NCBI GenBank assembly: GCA_965250675.1
Contig: CBDFPH010000003.1
DNA from: Leptothrix sp. (in: b-proteobacteria)
GTDB taxonomy: Bacteria; Pseudomonadota; Gammaproteobacteria; Burkholderiales; Burkholderiaceae_C
Direction: 5' to 3' (one strand)
Length of the DNA: 64,000 nt
Made by a program: the position numbers and the translations under genes. Under the pieces are notes generated by a model, which searched no databases, had not been told where the DNA came from, and worked only from the letters and a program-made list of their open reading frames with translations. Each line of letters begins with the position of its first letter. Positions within the stretch are counted from its first letter, which is position 1. Below are positions 37,416-47,165 of this stretch, piece by piece.

Positions 37416-38302
37416 GGGTGGTTCTCGGGTGGGTGGCTCGGTTCAAGAGCCGGGGTGGACCGCCGTTCAAGTTCTTTGAACGGTCGGGGAATTCCTTGTC
37501 CTACTGGTGACGGGGTTACGGGCTGCTGGCGTTGCTCAGGATCAGGCCGTAGAGCCGTTTTGGGGGGCGTGGGTGCCCTACCCCCTTGGGGGTCTGTTTT
37601 TGAGCGCAGGAAGCGCTCCCTGAGCGCCTGAGCGCGCATGACTGCCGTGCGGCTGTCGACGGCGGGCGCTTCGTCGCTGGCAGGCGGCGGGGGGGCGTGC
37701 CGCGCAGCGGCTTCATTCAACCCCCCTCGGGGGGTCTGTTGAACCCCTCCCTCGACTGCTTCAGTCTGTGGATAACTTGCGGTCTTGGGGGTAGGGGGTT
37801 TTAAGAAATTCTTCTTGAAAGAGCTGTTCTCTTTCGTGTTTTCTTCGTGTTGTGAACTTGAAGAATTCGTTGCTGCGTAAGGGGTTGATGCACGTTTGTG
37901 GCTGTTTTCATCCCTGTTCAATTTTTCCGTGGACGTGCTTTTCCAGACCCTGGGTGCGATCTGAAAAAACAGGACTTGCTCGGTCTCCGACCGGCCCTTG
38001 TCACGCGCCAGGATCAGCAGCTTCTCGAAGGCCGCCAGCATCGTGCGCACCTGCTGCAGGCTGATCGTGGGGAGCCGCTTGCCGCGTGCGGGCTGGTCGG
38101 GCTGCAGGGCGTTCAGCAGCTCGCCGTAGCTGGTCTTCACGGTGCCCTTCTTGAAGTCGCTGAAGGCGGCCAGGCACATGAACAGGCGCGTGCCCCACGC
38201 CGGCAGGCCCCAGAGGGCTTGCCACTCGTGTTCCAGGACGGGAAGAAAAAGGGCCGAACCCGGCCCGAAGTTGTGGGAGCGAACGAGCTGCATCACCATC
38301 AC
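37412..38302 (-). CDS. Putative replication initiator (wHTH-like N-terminus, low-complexity C-terminus)
   Basis: Largest early gene; helical N-terminal ~120 aa; AT-rich internal tract; no HUH or polymerase motifs seen. Confidence 0.55.
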   Translation of the reverse strand: MMVMQLVRSHNFGPGSALFLPVLEHEWQALWGLPAWGTRLFMCLAAFSDFKKGTVKTSYGELLNALQPDQPARGKRLPTISLQQVRTMLAAFEKLLILARDKGRSETEQVLFFQIAPRVWKSTSTEKLNRDENSHKRASTPYAATNSSSSQHEENTKENSSFKKNFLKPPTPKTASYPQTEAVEGGVQQTPRGGLNEAAARHAPPPPASDEAPAVDSRTAVMRAQALRERFLRSKTDPQGGRAPTPPKTALRPDPEQRQQPVTPSPVGQGIPRPFKELERRSTPALEPSHPPENHP

Positions 38303-38520
38303 ACGTCCAGCCTGATGAAGCGCACCACGGCGGCCTGGTGGTCGTAGCCGGTGTCCCAGAGGTAGGCCACGCGGGCCTTCTCTTCCGCGTCCAGGACGCT
38401 GCGGGCCATGCCCGACCAGAGGAAGCCCGATGCTTCGTCAGGGTGGCTCAGGCAGACGGCGTACCGCAGCTGCTCGGCACGTGGCCGGGCGCGCAGGAGG
38501 GGGAGGATGGCGGCCTTCAC
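38299..38520 (-). CDS. Hypothetical phage early protein (73 aa)
   Basis: Overlapping start and stop codons with neighbours. Confidence 0.6.
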   Translation of the reverse strand: MKAAILPLLRARPRAEQLRYAVCLSHPDEASGFLWSGMARSVLDAEEKARVAYLWDTGYDHQAAVVRFIRLDV

Positions 38521-38705
38521 AGGGCGCCCTCAATGTGCTCTGCTGCAGCGCGGATGACGCCAGCACGGCGGCGCAGCTCGCGGCGCTTGCTTTCGTCCGG
38601 CTCGTAGGCGGCAGCTTGCTCCAACTCGCCGTATTTCTCCCATGCCGCTTCCATGGCTTCGCGGGCTTCTTCGTCGGTCAGCTTGTAGAGCTTGAAGTTC
38701 TTCAT
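38517..38705 (-). CDS. Hypothetical phage early protein (62 aa)
   Basis: Charged helical peptide, coupled to neighbours. Confidence 0.62.
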   Translation of the reverse strand: MKNFKLYKLTDEEAREAMEAAWEKYGELEQAAAYEPDESKRRELRRRAGVIRAAAEHIEGAL

Positions 38706-38929
38706 GCTTCCACCCCTGCCCGCGCAAACAGCCGGCGGCGCTCGACGGCGGGCTTGACGTTCTCCAGCGGCTCGACGTGCTTCCAGGTCGGGAAGCCTGC
38801 GACGCGGATCAGCGCGGCCGGGCGGCCTGCGCGGTCACGGCAGAGGTTGGCCAACGTGCCGAAAAGCTCGGTGTCGGTGCAACCGAAGGTGAACCGGACT
38901 TGATCGCCCGGCTGGAATGCTGCGTTCAT
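38702..38929 (-). CDS. Hypothetical phage early protein (75 aa; may start at 38995)
   Basis: FQPGDQVRF start resembles small SH3/KOW-like beta-barrels. Confidence 0.55.
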   Translation of the reverse strand: MNAAFQPGDQVRFTFGCTDTELFGTLANLCRDRAGRPAALIRVAGFPTWKHVEPLENVKPAVERRRLFARAGVEA

Positions 38930-39044
38930 GGTGATGGCCTCTTGCGCCGGCCCCGTCTTGCCCCTTGCCCCCTCGGAGGGGGCCGCTGCGCTCACGGTGA
39001 CGGGGCCAGCCGTCAGAAACCGTGAATTGCGCAGCGACGGCGAG

Positions 39045-39116
39045 AGGATACGTACAGCGTCGCTAGACAGTCAAGCGACGCTGTACCTTGCCCCATGGTT
39101 TTCTAGGGCGTAAAGT
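39045..39116. promoter_or_regulatory. Divergent promoter/operator region of the prophage
   Basis: Leftward TTGACT(39074-39069)-N18-TATCCT; rightward TTGCCC(39088)-N17-TAAAGT(39111); perfect 13-bp inverted repeat 39052-39064 / 39074-39086. Confidence 0.65.
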
Positions 39117-39146
39117 GTCACTAGACGTTTCAACCGGGGCCAGCCA

Positions 39147-39479
39147 ATGAAGACAGTCGAATTTCTGGACGCACTCAAGCGTCAGCACTCGATCGAGAGC
39201 GATTACGGGGTTTCCAAGCTGCTGGGGATCACCCGCCAGCGCCTGAGCAACTACCGCTCAGGGCGCGATTTTTTCGGGGATGAGATCGCAAGCCAGGTTG
39301 CGCAGATGCTCGGGCTTGACCCGGGCTATGTGATGGCCTGCGCCCACGCAGAGCGGGCCGCTACAGCAGAGATTCGGGCGGTGTGGGAGAGCGTCGCGGC
39401 CAAGCTGGCCGGCGTGGGCGCCGTTGCAGCGCCCGCCCCGTCAAAGGCTCAGAAGAAGGAGCCTTTGCATATTATGTAA
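39147..39479 (+). CDS. Prophage repressor (XRE-like HTH), 3' end overlaps attR
   Basis: SDYGVSKLLGITRQRLSNYRSG HTH; divergent from the early operon; the last codons H-I-M-stop are the att core. Confidence 0.82.
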   Translation: MKTVEFLDALKRQHSIESDYGVSKLLGITRQRLSNYRSGRDFFGDEIASQVAQMLGLDPGYVMACAHAERAATAEIRAVWESVAAKLAGVGAVAAPAPSKAQKKEPLHIM

Positions 39480-39482
39480 ACC
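39455..39482 (+). other. dif-like site = attR of the prophage
   Basis: GAAGGAGCCTT-TGCATA-TTATGTAAACC; 16 of 17 bp identical to 27459-27475. Confidence 0.8.
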
Positions 39483-39506
39483 AAAACAGCATTCCAGGCC
39501 CCCTGT

Positions 39507-40034
39507 TCAGGCCGCTGGTGCTGCACCCATCAGAAAATCGACCTTTCCCAGGTCGACGCCGTTGTGGCGCAGCAGCGCGTAGGCGGTCGTGACGTGGAAG
39601 TACACGTTGGGCAGCGCCCATTGCAGGAGGTAGGCCTCGCCCTTCATCGTGCGCGTTTTCTCGCGACCGATGGGGAACGTGACGTCCTTGTCTTCCGTGC
39701 CATTCACGGCGCTGGCGGGCACCGTGGCGATCCAGGCCAGGGTTTTGGCGATGCGCTCTTTCAGCTCGACGACCGTCGTTTCGTTGTCGTCGAACTTGGG
39801 CGCTTCCAGGCCGCTGAGCCGGGCCACGCAGAGCTTGGCCATGTCGCAGGCGATGCGCACCTGCGACGCCAGCGGCAGCATGTCGGGCGCCAGGCGCATG
39901 GGCACCAGCACGTTGACGTCGAACTTGCGCACTGCCGCATTGGCGATCGCCTTGTCGAGGCAGTGATCAAGGTTGGACAGCGCGGAGTGGAACACCGGCA
40001 GGCTGCAGCTGGACATCGAGATGGTCATGGTCAA
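39507..40034 (-). CDS. DUF1993-like protein
   Basis: RLAPDMLPLASQVRIACD, LPNVYFHVTTAYALLRHNGV. Confidence 0.85.
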   Translation of the reverse strand: MTMTISMSSCSLPVFHSALSNLDHCLDKAIANAAVRKFDVNVLVPMRLAPDMLPLASQVRIACDMAKLCVARLSGLEAPKFDDNETTVVELKERIAKTLAWIATVPASAVNGTEDKDVTFPIGREKTRTMKGEAYLLQWALPNVYFHVTTAYALLRHNGVDLGKVDFLMGAAPAA

Positions 40035-40055
40035 GTTCCTGGGTTCAGTCGTGAA

Positions 40056-42683
40056 TCAAAGTCGTTCGGCGACCCAGGCCTGCACACCAGCCAGGGCGCT
40101 GTCGAGCTTGCTCGGGTCGGTACCGCCGGCCATCGCCATGTCGGGCTTGCCGCCACCCTTGCCGCCCACTTGCTGAGCGACAAAGTTGACCAGCTCGCCG
40201 GCCTTGAGTTTTCCGACCGTGTCGGCGGTGACGCCGGCGGCGATCTGCACCTTGCCGCCCTCCACCGCCGCCAGCACGATGGCTGCGGTCTTGAGCTTGT
40301 TCTTGAGCTGGTCCATCGCGGTGCGCAGACCGGTGGCGTCCGCACCTTCGAGCAACGCAGCCAGTACCTTGACGCCGTTCACATCGACTGCCTTGGCCAC
40401 CAGATCATCGCCCTGGCTCGACGCCAGCTTGCCCTTGAGCGCAGCGACTTCCTTCTCCAGCGCCCGCAACTGGTCCTGCAGGCTGCTGATGCGCGCCGGC
40501 ACTTCGGCGGGCGATGACTTGAGCGTGCCGGCCACGCCGTTCACGGTCGCTTCCAGCCCTTGCAGGTACGCCAGCGCGTTGTCGCCGGTGATGGCTTCGA
40601 TGCGGCGAATGCCGGCGGCCACGCCCGATTCAGCCACGACCTTGAACAGGCCGATGTCGCCCGTCGCCTTGACGTGCGTGCCGCCGCACAGCTCTTTGGA
40701 GCTGCCGATGGTCAGCACGCGCACGGTTTCGCCGTACTTCTCGCCGAACAGCATCATGGCGCCGGACTTCTGCGCGTCATCAATGGCCATCACCTGCGAG
40801 GCGGCGGCGGCGTTGGCCAGAATTTCAGCGTTGACGATCGCCTCGACCTGGCGGATCTGCGCGTCCGTGACGGGCGCGTTGTGGGCGAAGTCGAAGCGCG
40901 TGCGCTCGGCATTCACCAGGCTGCCCTTCTGCTGCACGTGCGCGCCCAGTACCTCGCGCAGTGCCTTGTGCATCAGGTGGGTGGCGCTGTGGTTGCGCAC
41001 GGTCCTGGCGCGCACTTCGGCGTTGACGCGGGCGCTGAAAGCGTCACCCACCCTCACCTCACCCTCGACCACGCGGCCGTGGTGGCCGAACACATCGGCC
41101 TGGATCTTGAACGTGTCGCCCACCACCACGCGGGTCGTGCCATTGCGCAACTCGCCCGAGTCGCCCGCCTGACCGCCGCTCTCGGCGTAGAACGGCGTGT
41201 GGTCCAGCACGATGGCAGCGTCGTCACCGGCCTGCGCCGCTTCGACCGACGTACCGTCGACGTAGACCGCCACCACCTTGGCCGTGTCGCAAACCAGGTG
41301 CTCGTAGCCGTGGAAAGTGGTCGGGGCGCCGGTGTATTCCAGCCCGGCGGCCATCTTGAACTTGCCGGCGGCGCGTGCCTGGCTGCGCTGGTGTTCCATG
41401 GCGGCGTCGAAGCCGGCCTGGTCGACCGTCACGCCGCGCTCGCGGCAGACGTCGGCGGTCAGGTCGACCGGGAAGCCGTAGGTGTCGTGCAGCTTGAAGG
41501 CGGTGTTGCCGTCGATCTGCTTCGTCTCACCGGCCAGCGCGTGCTCCAGGATTTCCATGCCGTGCTGGATGGTCTGGAAGAAGCGCTCTTCTTCCTGCTT
41601 GAGCACCTCGGTGACGCGGGTCTGCGCCGCGCGCAGTTCCGGATAGGCCTCGCCCATCTGGTTGACCAGTTCGGCCACGATCTTGTGGAAGAACGGCGTG
41701 CGCGCGCCCAGCTTGTAGCCGTGGCGGATGGCGCGGCGGGCGATGCGGCGCAGCACGTAGCCGCGGCCTTCGTTGCCCGGGATCACGCCGTCGACGATGG
41801 TGAACGAGCAGGCGCGGATGTGGTCGGCGATCACCTTCAGGCTGGGCGATTCAGCATCCACGTCCTTGCCACCGCCGCTCTCGACCGCCGCCTTGGCCGC
41901 CGCCAGCAGCGCCACGAACAGGTCGATCTCGTAGTTGCTGTGCACGTGCTGCATCACCGCCGTGATGCGCTCCAGGCCCATGCCGGTGTCCACGCTGGGC
42001 TTGGGCAGCTTGTGCATCACACCGTCTTCGGTGCGGTTGAACTGCATGAAGACGTTGTTCCAGATCTCGATGTAGCGGTCGCCGTCCTCGTTCGGGCTGC
42101 CCGGCGGGCCGCCGGGGATGCCTTCACCGTGGTCGAAGAAGATCTCGGTGCACGGGCCGCAGGGGCCGGTGTCGCCCATCATCCAGAAGTTGTCGGACGC
42201 ATAGCGCGCGCCTTTGTTGTCGCCGATGCGGATGATCCGCTCGGCCGGCACGCCGACGACCTTGTTCCAGATGTCATAGGCCTCGTCGTCCTCGGCGTAG
42301 ACCGTGACCCAAAGTTTCTCGACCGGCAGCTTGAAGTGCACCGTCAGCAACTCCCAGGCGTAGGAGATGGCGTCGTGCTTGAAGTAGTCGCCGAAGCTGA
42401 AGTTGCCCAGCATCTCGAAGAACGTGTGGTGGCGCGCGGTGTAGCCGACGTTGTCGAGGTCGTTGTGCTTGCCGCCGGCGCGGATGCACTTCTGGCTGGT
42501 GGTGGCACGCGTGTAAGCGCGCTTGTCGAAGCCCAGGAACACGTCCTTGAACTGGTTCATGCCAGCGTTGGTGAACAGCAGCGTCGGGTCGTCGCCTGGG
42601 ACGACCGGGCTGGAGCCGACGATCTGGTGGCCCTTGGACTCGAAAAACTTCAGGAAGGTGGAGCGGATTTCTGCGGCTTTCAT
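40056..42683 (-). CDS. alaS: Alanine--tRNA ligase
   Basis: [46 protein letters not shown]. Confidence 0.99.
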   Translation of the reverse strand: MKAAEIRSTFLKFFESKGHQIVGSSPVVPGDDPTLLFTNAGMNQFKDVFLGFDKRAYTRATTSQKCIRAGGKHNDLDNVGYTARHHTFFEMLGNFSFGDYFKHDAISYAWELLTVHFKLPVEKLWVTVYAEDDEAYDIWNKVVGVPAERIIRIGDNKGARYASDNFWMMGDTGPCGPCTEIFFDHGEGIPGGPPGSPNEDGDRYIEIWNNVFMQFNRTEDGVMHKLPKPSVDTGMGLERITAVMQHVHSNYEIDLFVALLAAAKAAVESGGGKDVDAESPSLKVIADHIRACSFTIVDGVIPGNEGRGYVLRRIARRAIRHGYKLGARTPFFHKIVAELVNQMGEAYPELRAAQTRVTEVLKQEEERFFQTIQHGMEILEHALAGETKQIDGNTAFKLHDTYGFPVDLTADVCRERGVTVDQAGFDAAMEHQRSQARAAGKFKMAAGLEYTGAPTTFHGYEHLVCDTAKVVAVYVDGTSVEAAQAGDDAAIVLDHTPFYAESGGQAGDSGELRNGTTRVVVGDTFKIQADVFGHHGRVVEGEVRVGDAFSARVNAEVRARTVRNHSATHLMHKALREVLGAHVQQKGSLVNAERTRFDFAHNAPVTDAQIRQVEAIVNAEILANAAAASQVMAIDDAQKSGAMMLFGEKYGETVRVLTIGSSKELCGGTHVKATGDIGLFKVVAESGVAAGIRRIEAITGDNALAYLQGLEATVNGVAGTLKSSPAEVPARISSLQDQLRALEKEVAALKGKLASSQGDDLVAKAVDVNGVKVLAALLEGADATGLRTAMDQLKNKLKTAAIVLAAVEGGKVQIAAGVTADTVGKLKAGELVNFVAQQVGGKGGGKPDMAMAGGTDPSKLDSALAGVQAWVAERL

Positions 42684-42768
42684 GCGGTCTCGCGGTAGTT
42701 GCGCTGATTTTAAGTGGCGCCGCGAGGACTATCGGGCCGTCCCCGCACGAGAACGGCCCGTGATGCCC

Positions 42769-44061
42769 TTACTTCATGCCCATGCAGTTGGCATAGAAGG
42801 TGACCGTGGCGGGCCAGTCCGAGAAGATGCCGATGACGCCGACGTCCCGGGCCAGCACATCGACCACCCGCATCATGTCGCCTTCACGCGTGATGGCCGA
42901 GTCGAAGCTCTGGTAATAGAAGCCGTTGTTGCCATCGGCGAGGATGCCGCTGCGCTCCAGGCTCCAGGTGATCATGTTCAGTCCCATGGCCTTGGCGTCG
43001 CGCGCCGACTGGGACGGCACGATGTTCTTGTTGGCGTCCACGGCCAGCAGCGCAAAGATCGGTGGTGCCCAGATGTTGATGCCGTCGGCCTTGTAGCTGG
43101 CCAGTTCTGCGGCGCTGGGCAGGTCTGCTGCGGTGGCGGCGTCGTCCAGATAGACCGCCTGCTTGCCAAAGGCCGCCTCGTTGCGCACCCAGTAGAGGAC
43201 ATCGTTCTTGTTGAACGACTGCGGCCAGACCCGGCGCGGCGAGACGCCGGCTGCCTTGTACTCGTCGATCATCTTCTGCGCGTAGGCTTCCTGCGTGAAG
43301 CCGTCGAACGGCATCGTGACGGAGGCCGACTTCAGCTCGGGCGTCATCTTGACGCCAAGTTTCTTGAACAGCTCGATGCTCTCCCGGTGCGTCAGCAGCG
43401 TGCCGCTGGACGGGCCGGAATACAGGTCGGTGCGGAAATTGGCCGTGCCGCCCAGGTACTCCGCCGGCGTGCGGGCCGCCGGGTTGAAGGCATCCATCTT
43501 GCCCCGCAGCGTCTTGAACTCGGCCAGCGTGATGTCGCTGGCGCGGCACTCGGCAGCGGCCGGTGCGGTCATCTTGCCGGTGGCGTCGTAGGTGGCGGCG
43601 ACGAAGGGCTTGGTGCACTTGGCGGCCAACTCAGGCACCACCAGGATGTTGGTCGTGGTGTGCAGGTCGTTCTGGGCGTGGCGGCAGACCAGCTCCTTGT
43701 CCTTGGTGAAGGTCACGTCGCATTCGACGATGCCCGCGCCCATGCGCGCTGCGGCTTCATAGGACTCCCGGGTGTGCTCGGGAAACTGCAGCGCGGCACC
43801 CCGGTGGCCGATGGAGAAGTCGCTCTTGCGGAACTCCGTGATGCGGCTGGCGCAGGACTGCAGCTTCTGCCTGAGCTTGCTGTCGCTCATGTCGTTGACC
43901 AGGAAATACGGGCGCGGGCCAACCTGCACGGCCGGGCCGTACGAGGCTTCGGACGCGCGACGACCCTCATGTTGCGGCGCCGCCATGACAGCGGGAGCCC
44001 AAGTGGGCAGCAAGACCGCTGCCACGGTGGCGGCGATGGCGGGAATCAGTGAGCGGCGCAT
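42769..44061 (-). CDS. Secreted glycerophosphodiester phosphodiesterase
   Basis: Signal peptide; IGHRGA..QFPEHT, IVECDV, GIFSDW. Confidence 0.9.
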   Translation of the reverse strand: MRRSLIPAIAATVAAVLLPTWAPAVMAAPQHEGRRASEASYGPAVQVGPRPYFLVNDMSDSKLRQKLQSCASRITEFRKSDFSIGHRGAALQFPEHTRESYEAAARMGAGIVECDVTFTKDKELVCRHAQNDLHTTTNILVVPELAAKCTKPFVAATYDATGKMTAPAAAECRASDITLAEFKTLRGKMDAFNPAARTPAEYLGGTANFRTDLYSGPSSGTLLTHRESIELFKKLGVKMTPELKSASVTMPFDGFTQEAYAQKMIDEYKAAGVSPRRVWPQSFNKNDVLYWVRNEAAFGKQAVYLDDAATAADLPSAAELASYKADGINIWAPPIFALLAVDANKNIVPSQSARDAKAMGLNMITWSLERSGILADGNNGFYYQSFDSAITREGDMMRVVDVLARDVGVIGIFSDWPATVTFYANCMGMK

Positions 44062-44150
44062 GAAAACTCCTCTTGACGTTGAACCGGACGGCCTGGTGGG
44101 GCCGCCCGATCCACTCTAGGAGTGGGTCATGTCAGGGGCATGACCCCTGC

Positions 44151-45080
44151 TCACTCGTCGTTGGCTGCGTCCATGCCGCCTGCCGTCATGCCCACGCGCG
44201 AGCCGGCGCTCTGCGCAGCAGCCCCTTGCGCCAGGCCCAGCAATTCCTGCGCGTGCTGGCCGTGCTGCGGGTAATTGGCCACGCCCAGCGCCACACTCAG
44301 CACCGCCTGCTGGCCGCTGATGATGTAGGGCTGGCTCATGGCGGCCGCCAGCTTGGCACCGACCTTGTCCGCGTCCTGCGGTTTCTCCAGGCGCAGCAGG
44401 ATGGCCGCGAGCGAGTCCTCGCCCAGCACGCCCACTACATCGCTGGCGCGCAGGCCGGCGCGCAGCCGCACGGCAGCCTTGCGGCGCAGCGAGTTGGCCA
44501 TGACCTCGCCGTGTTCGCGCCGCACGCGCGCCAGGCCGTCCAGGCGCAAGACCAGCAGCGCCATCGCCGCCGGCTCACGCTCGCGCAGCGCGCACAGCTG
44601 GTTGAGCATCTCCAGCCACAGCGCCTGGCTGGGCAGACCGGTGTTGAGGTCGATCGACCAGCCGCGCCGCTGGGTGGCTTCCAGCCGCTTGCGCTCCACG
44701 CCCAGGCGCAGCGCACGCCAGGTGGCGACAGCGTCTGAAGGGGTGTTGCTGGCGCTGTCGATCACCTCCTGCACGCCCGCCCGCAGCAACTGCAGCTGCA
44801 GGGCGGGTGTCACGCCGGCACACCTCAGCACGACGGCAGTTTCCTGCAAGGCCTGCGGCCAGTGGGGCGCACTCAAGAGGGCCTGGAGTTGATCGGCGCC
44901 GGCCAGGCTGACCTGCAGCGCGTCCGGAAACGCTTCATGGGACGACCGTGCCTGCCACGCCGCCCAGTCGGCGAAGTGCGTCACGATCCAGCGGCCCCAG
45001 GAGGCTGGCGCTGCGTCCGGTCCGGCCTCAAGGGCGGCCGGGCCAATCAGATGGACGGTGTAAGCAGTGGAGTCGGGCAT
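44151..45080 (-). CDS. Degenerate GGDEF-domain protein
   Basis: DLNTGLP; LRASDVVGVLGEDSLA in place of the GG(D/E)EF motif. Confidence 0.75.
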   Translation of the reverse strand: MPDSTAYTVHLIGPAALEAGPDAAPASWGRWIVTHFADWAAWQARSSHEAFPDALQVSLAGADQLQALLSAPHWPQALQETAVVLRCAGVTPALQLQLLRAGVQEVIDSASNTPSDAVATWRALRLGVERKRLEATQRRGWSIDLNTGLPSQALWLEMLNQLCALREREPAAMALLVLRLDGLARVRREHGEVMANSLRRKAAVRLRAGLRASDVVGVLGEDSLAAILLRLEKPQDADKVGAKLAAAMSQPYIISGQQAVLSVALGVANYPQHGQHAQELLGLAQGAAAQSAGSRVGMTAGGMDAANDE

Positions 45081-45203
45081 GGCAGGCAGTGCGAGCGTCC
45101 GGCAAGCCGGGCTGAGTCAATGATGGTACAGGCCGCACAGCGCCTGAATGCTGCGCCAGCGGCGACAATTCCGGCCCGCGCCACTCTTGCCTGACCTCCC
45201 GAC

Positions 45204-46067
45204 ATGACACCCGATCGCCTGCCCGCCGACCTGACTTTCACCGTGCACCATGCGCTGTCCGAGGACATCGGCACCGGCGACGTCACCGCCCTGCTGATCG
45301 ATGAACACCAGCGCGCTGCCGCGCGCGTCATCACCCGCGAAGCGGCGGTGCTGTGCGGCCAGCCGTGGTTCGAGGCGGTGTTCCGCGCGCTGGAGCCGTC
45401 GGTGCGCATCCAGTGGGCCGTGGCCGAAGGCGCCAGCGTCGAGCCCGAACAACTGCTCTGCACCATTCACGGCACCGCCCGCACCCTGCTGACGGCCGAG
45501 CGCACTGCGCTCAACTTCCTGCAGACGCTCTCGGGCACCGCCACCGCTGTACGCCGCTACGTGGACGCCGTGGCCGGCACCGGCGCCCGTATCGTCGACA
45601 CCCGCAAGACCCTGCCCGGCCTGCGCAATGCGCAGAAATACGCCGTGGCCTGCGGCGGCGGCCTCAACCACCGCATCGGCCTGTATGACGGTTTCCTGAT
45701 CAAGGAAAACCACGTCGCCGCCGCCGGCGGCCTGCGCTCGGCCATCGTGCGCGCCCGCGCGCTCGGGCTGGAACTGCCCTTGATGACCGAGGCGGAAACG
45801 CTCGACGAGGCCCGTACCGCGCTGGACGAAGACGTCGACCTGCTGCTGATCGACGACTTCCCCCTGCCCCAGATCCGCGAAGCCGTCACCCTGGTGCGCG
45901 AGCACCGCGCCTGCGGCGGCAAGACCCTGCTCGAATATTCCGGCGGCGCGACGCTGGAGACCATCCGCGCACTGGCCGAAACCGGCGTCGACCGCATCTC
46001 GGTCGGCGCCATCACCAAGCACCTGCGCGCGCTGGACCTGTCGATGCGGATGATCGAGAACGACTGA
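45204..46067 (+). CDS. nadC: Quinolinate phosphoribosyltransferase
   Basis: AERTALNFLQ, DTRKTLPG, NHRIGLYD, IKENH. Confidence 0.95.
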   Translation: MTPDRLPADLTFTVHHALSEDIGTGDVTALLIDEHQRAAARVITREAAVLCGQPWFEAVFRALEPSVRIQWAVAEGASVEPEQLLCTIHGTARTLLTAERTALNFLQTLSGTATAVRRYVDAVAGTGARIVDTRKTLPGLRNAQKYAVACGGGLNHRIGLYDGFLIKENHVAAAGGLRSAIVRARALGLELPLMTEAETLDEARTALDEDVDLLLIDDFPLPQIREAVTLVREHRACGGKTLLEYSGGATLETIRALAETGVDRISVGAITKHLRALDLSMRMIEND

Positions 46068-46074
46068 CGCCGGC

Positions 46075-47165
46075 TCAGCTCTCGCCCTGCTGTGCCTCGC
46101 GCTCCAGCAGGGCGCGCTTGCGCTCGACGCCCCAGCGGTAGCCGGACAGCGCGCCGTCGCTGCGGACCACGCGGTGACACGGAATGGCCACCGCCAGCGC
46201 GTTGGCGCCGCAGGCCTGCGCCACGGCGCGGAATGATTTTGGCGCGCCGATGCGCTCGGCAATCTCTGCGTAGCTCGCGGTTTGCCCGGCGGGGATGCGC
46301 TGCAAGGTCTGCCAGACGCGCTGCTGAAACGCCGTTCCCCGCACGTCCAGCGGCAGGTTCAGCCCCAAGGCAGGGGCTTCCACGAAACCGATGACCTGCG
46401 CCACCCATTGCTCGAACCCGTCATCGCCGCCCACCAGAGTCGCCTGCGGGAAGCGGTCCTGCAGATCACGCGCCAGCGCGTCGGGGTCGTCGCCCATCAG
46501 GATCGCACACACCCCCCGCTCGCTGCGCGCCACCAGAATGGCACCGAGCGAACACTGGCCAATGGCGAAGTGGATGGCCGCGCCCGCCCGCCTGACCGAT
46601 AGCGCGTCGGCGTCATGCCCAGGACCTGGTCGGCCTCGGCGTAGAAACGGCTGCCGGAGGCGTAACCGGCGCTGTAGATGGCCTCGGTCACCGTGCTGCT
46701 GTGGCCGAGTTCCGTGCGCAGGCGCTGGCTGCGGTGCGCTTGTGCGTAAGCCCTGGGCGTCAGCCCCGTGACGAGCTTGAATACCCGATGCAGATGATGC
46801 GGGCTCAGTTGCGCCTGCCGTGCCAGTTCGTCCAGGCTCGGCGTGGGCTCTGAGGTTTCAAGCACCTGGCACAGCCTCGTGACCAGCGCGGCGTGCTGGA
46901 CTGCCAGCGGCGGCTGATCCGGCTTGCAGCGCAGACAGGCCCGAAAGCCGGCGCGCTGCGCATCGGCTGCGCTGGCATGGAACGCCACGTTCTCCGGTCG
47001 GGCTTGCCGTGCGGCGCAACTGGGTCGGCAGTAGACCCCCGTAGTGCGGACCGAGTAAAAAAACGTGCCGTCGCACTGCGTGTCGCGTGCCAACACGGCC
47101 GCCCAGCGCGGATCGTTCACCGTGGCCAGCGCCAGAATTTCAGCCGGCGTGTTCATGCTCATCAT
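46075..47165 (-). pseudogene. ada: Bifunctional Ada regulator / O6-methylguanine methyltransferase split by a 1-nt deletion (pseudogene or sequencing error)
   Basis: N-part: Ada Zn site YCRPSC...CLRC and AraC HTH. C-part in another frame: IHFAIGQCSLG...IPCHRVV. Junction near 46581-46590. Confidence 0.82.

Larger units (their letters stand above)
27459..39482. mobile_element. ~12-kb PM2/corticovirus-like double jelly-roll prophage inserted at a dif-like site
   Basis: DJR-type capsid, A32-type ATPase, membrane proteins, lysozyme, repressor; flanked by direct repeats; no recognisable integrase. Confidence 0.9.

Noticed and set aside
27459-39482. Filamentous phage (inovirus), suggested by the dif insertion and repressor type
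   Set aside because: No Zot/pI-like gene arrangement or small pVIII coat with signal peptide; a 277-aa jelly-roll-type capsid, lysozyme and holin indicate a lytic icosahedral phage
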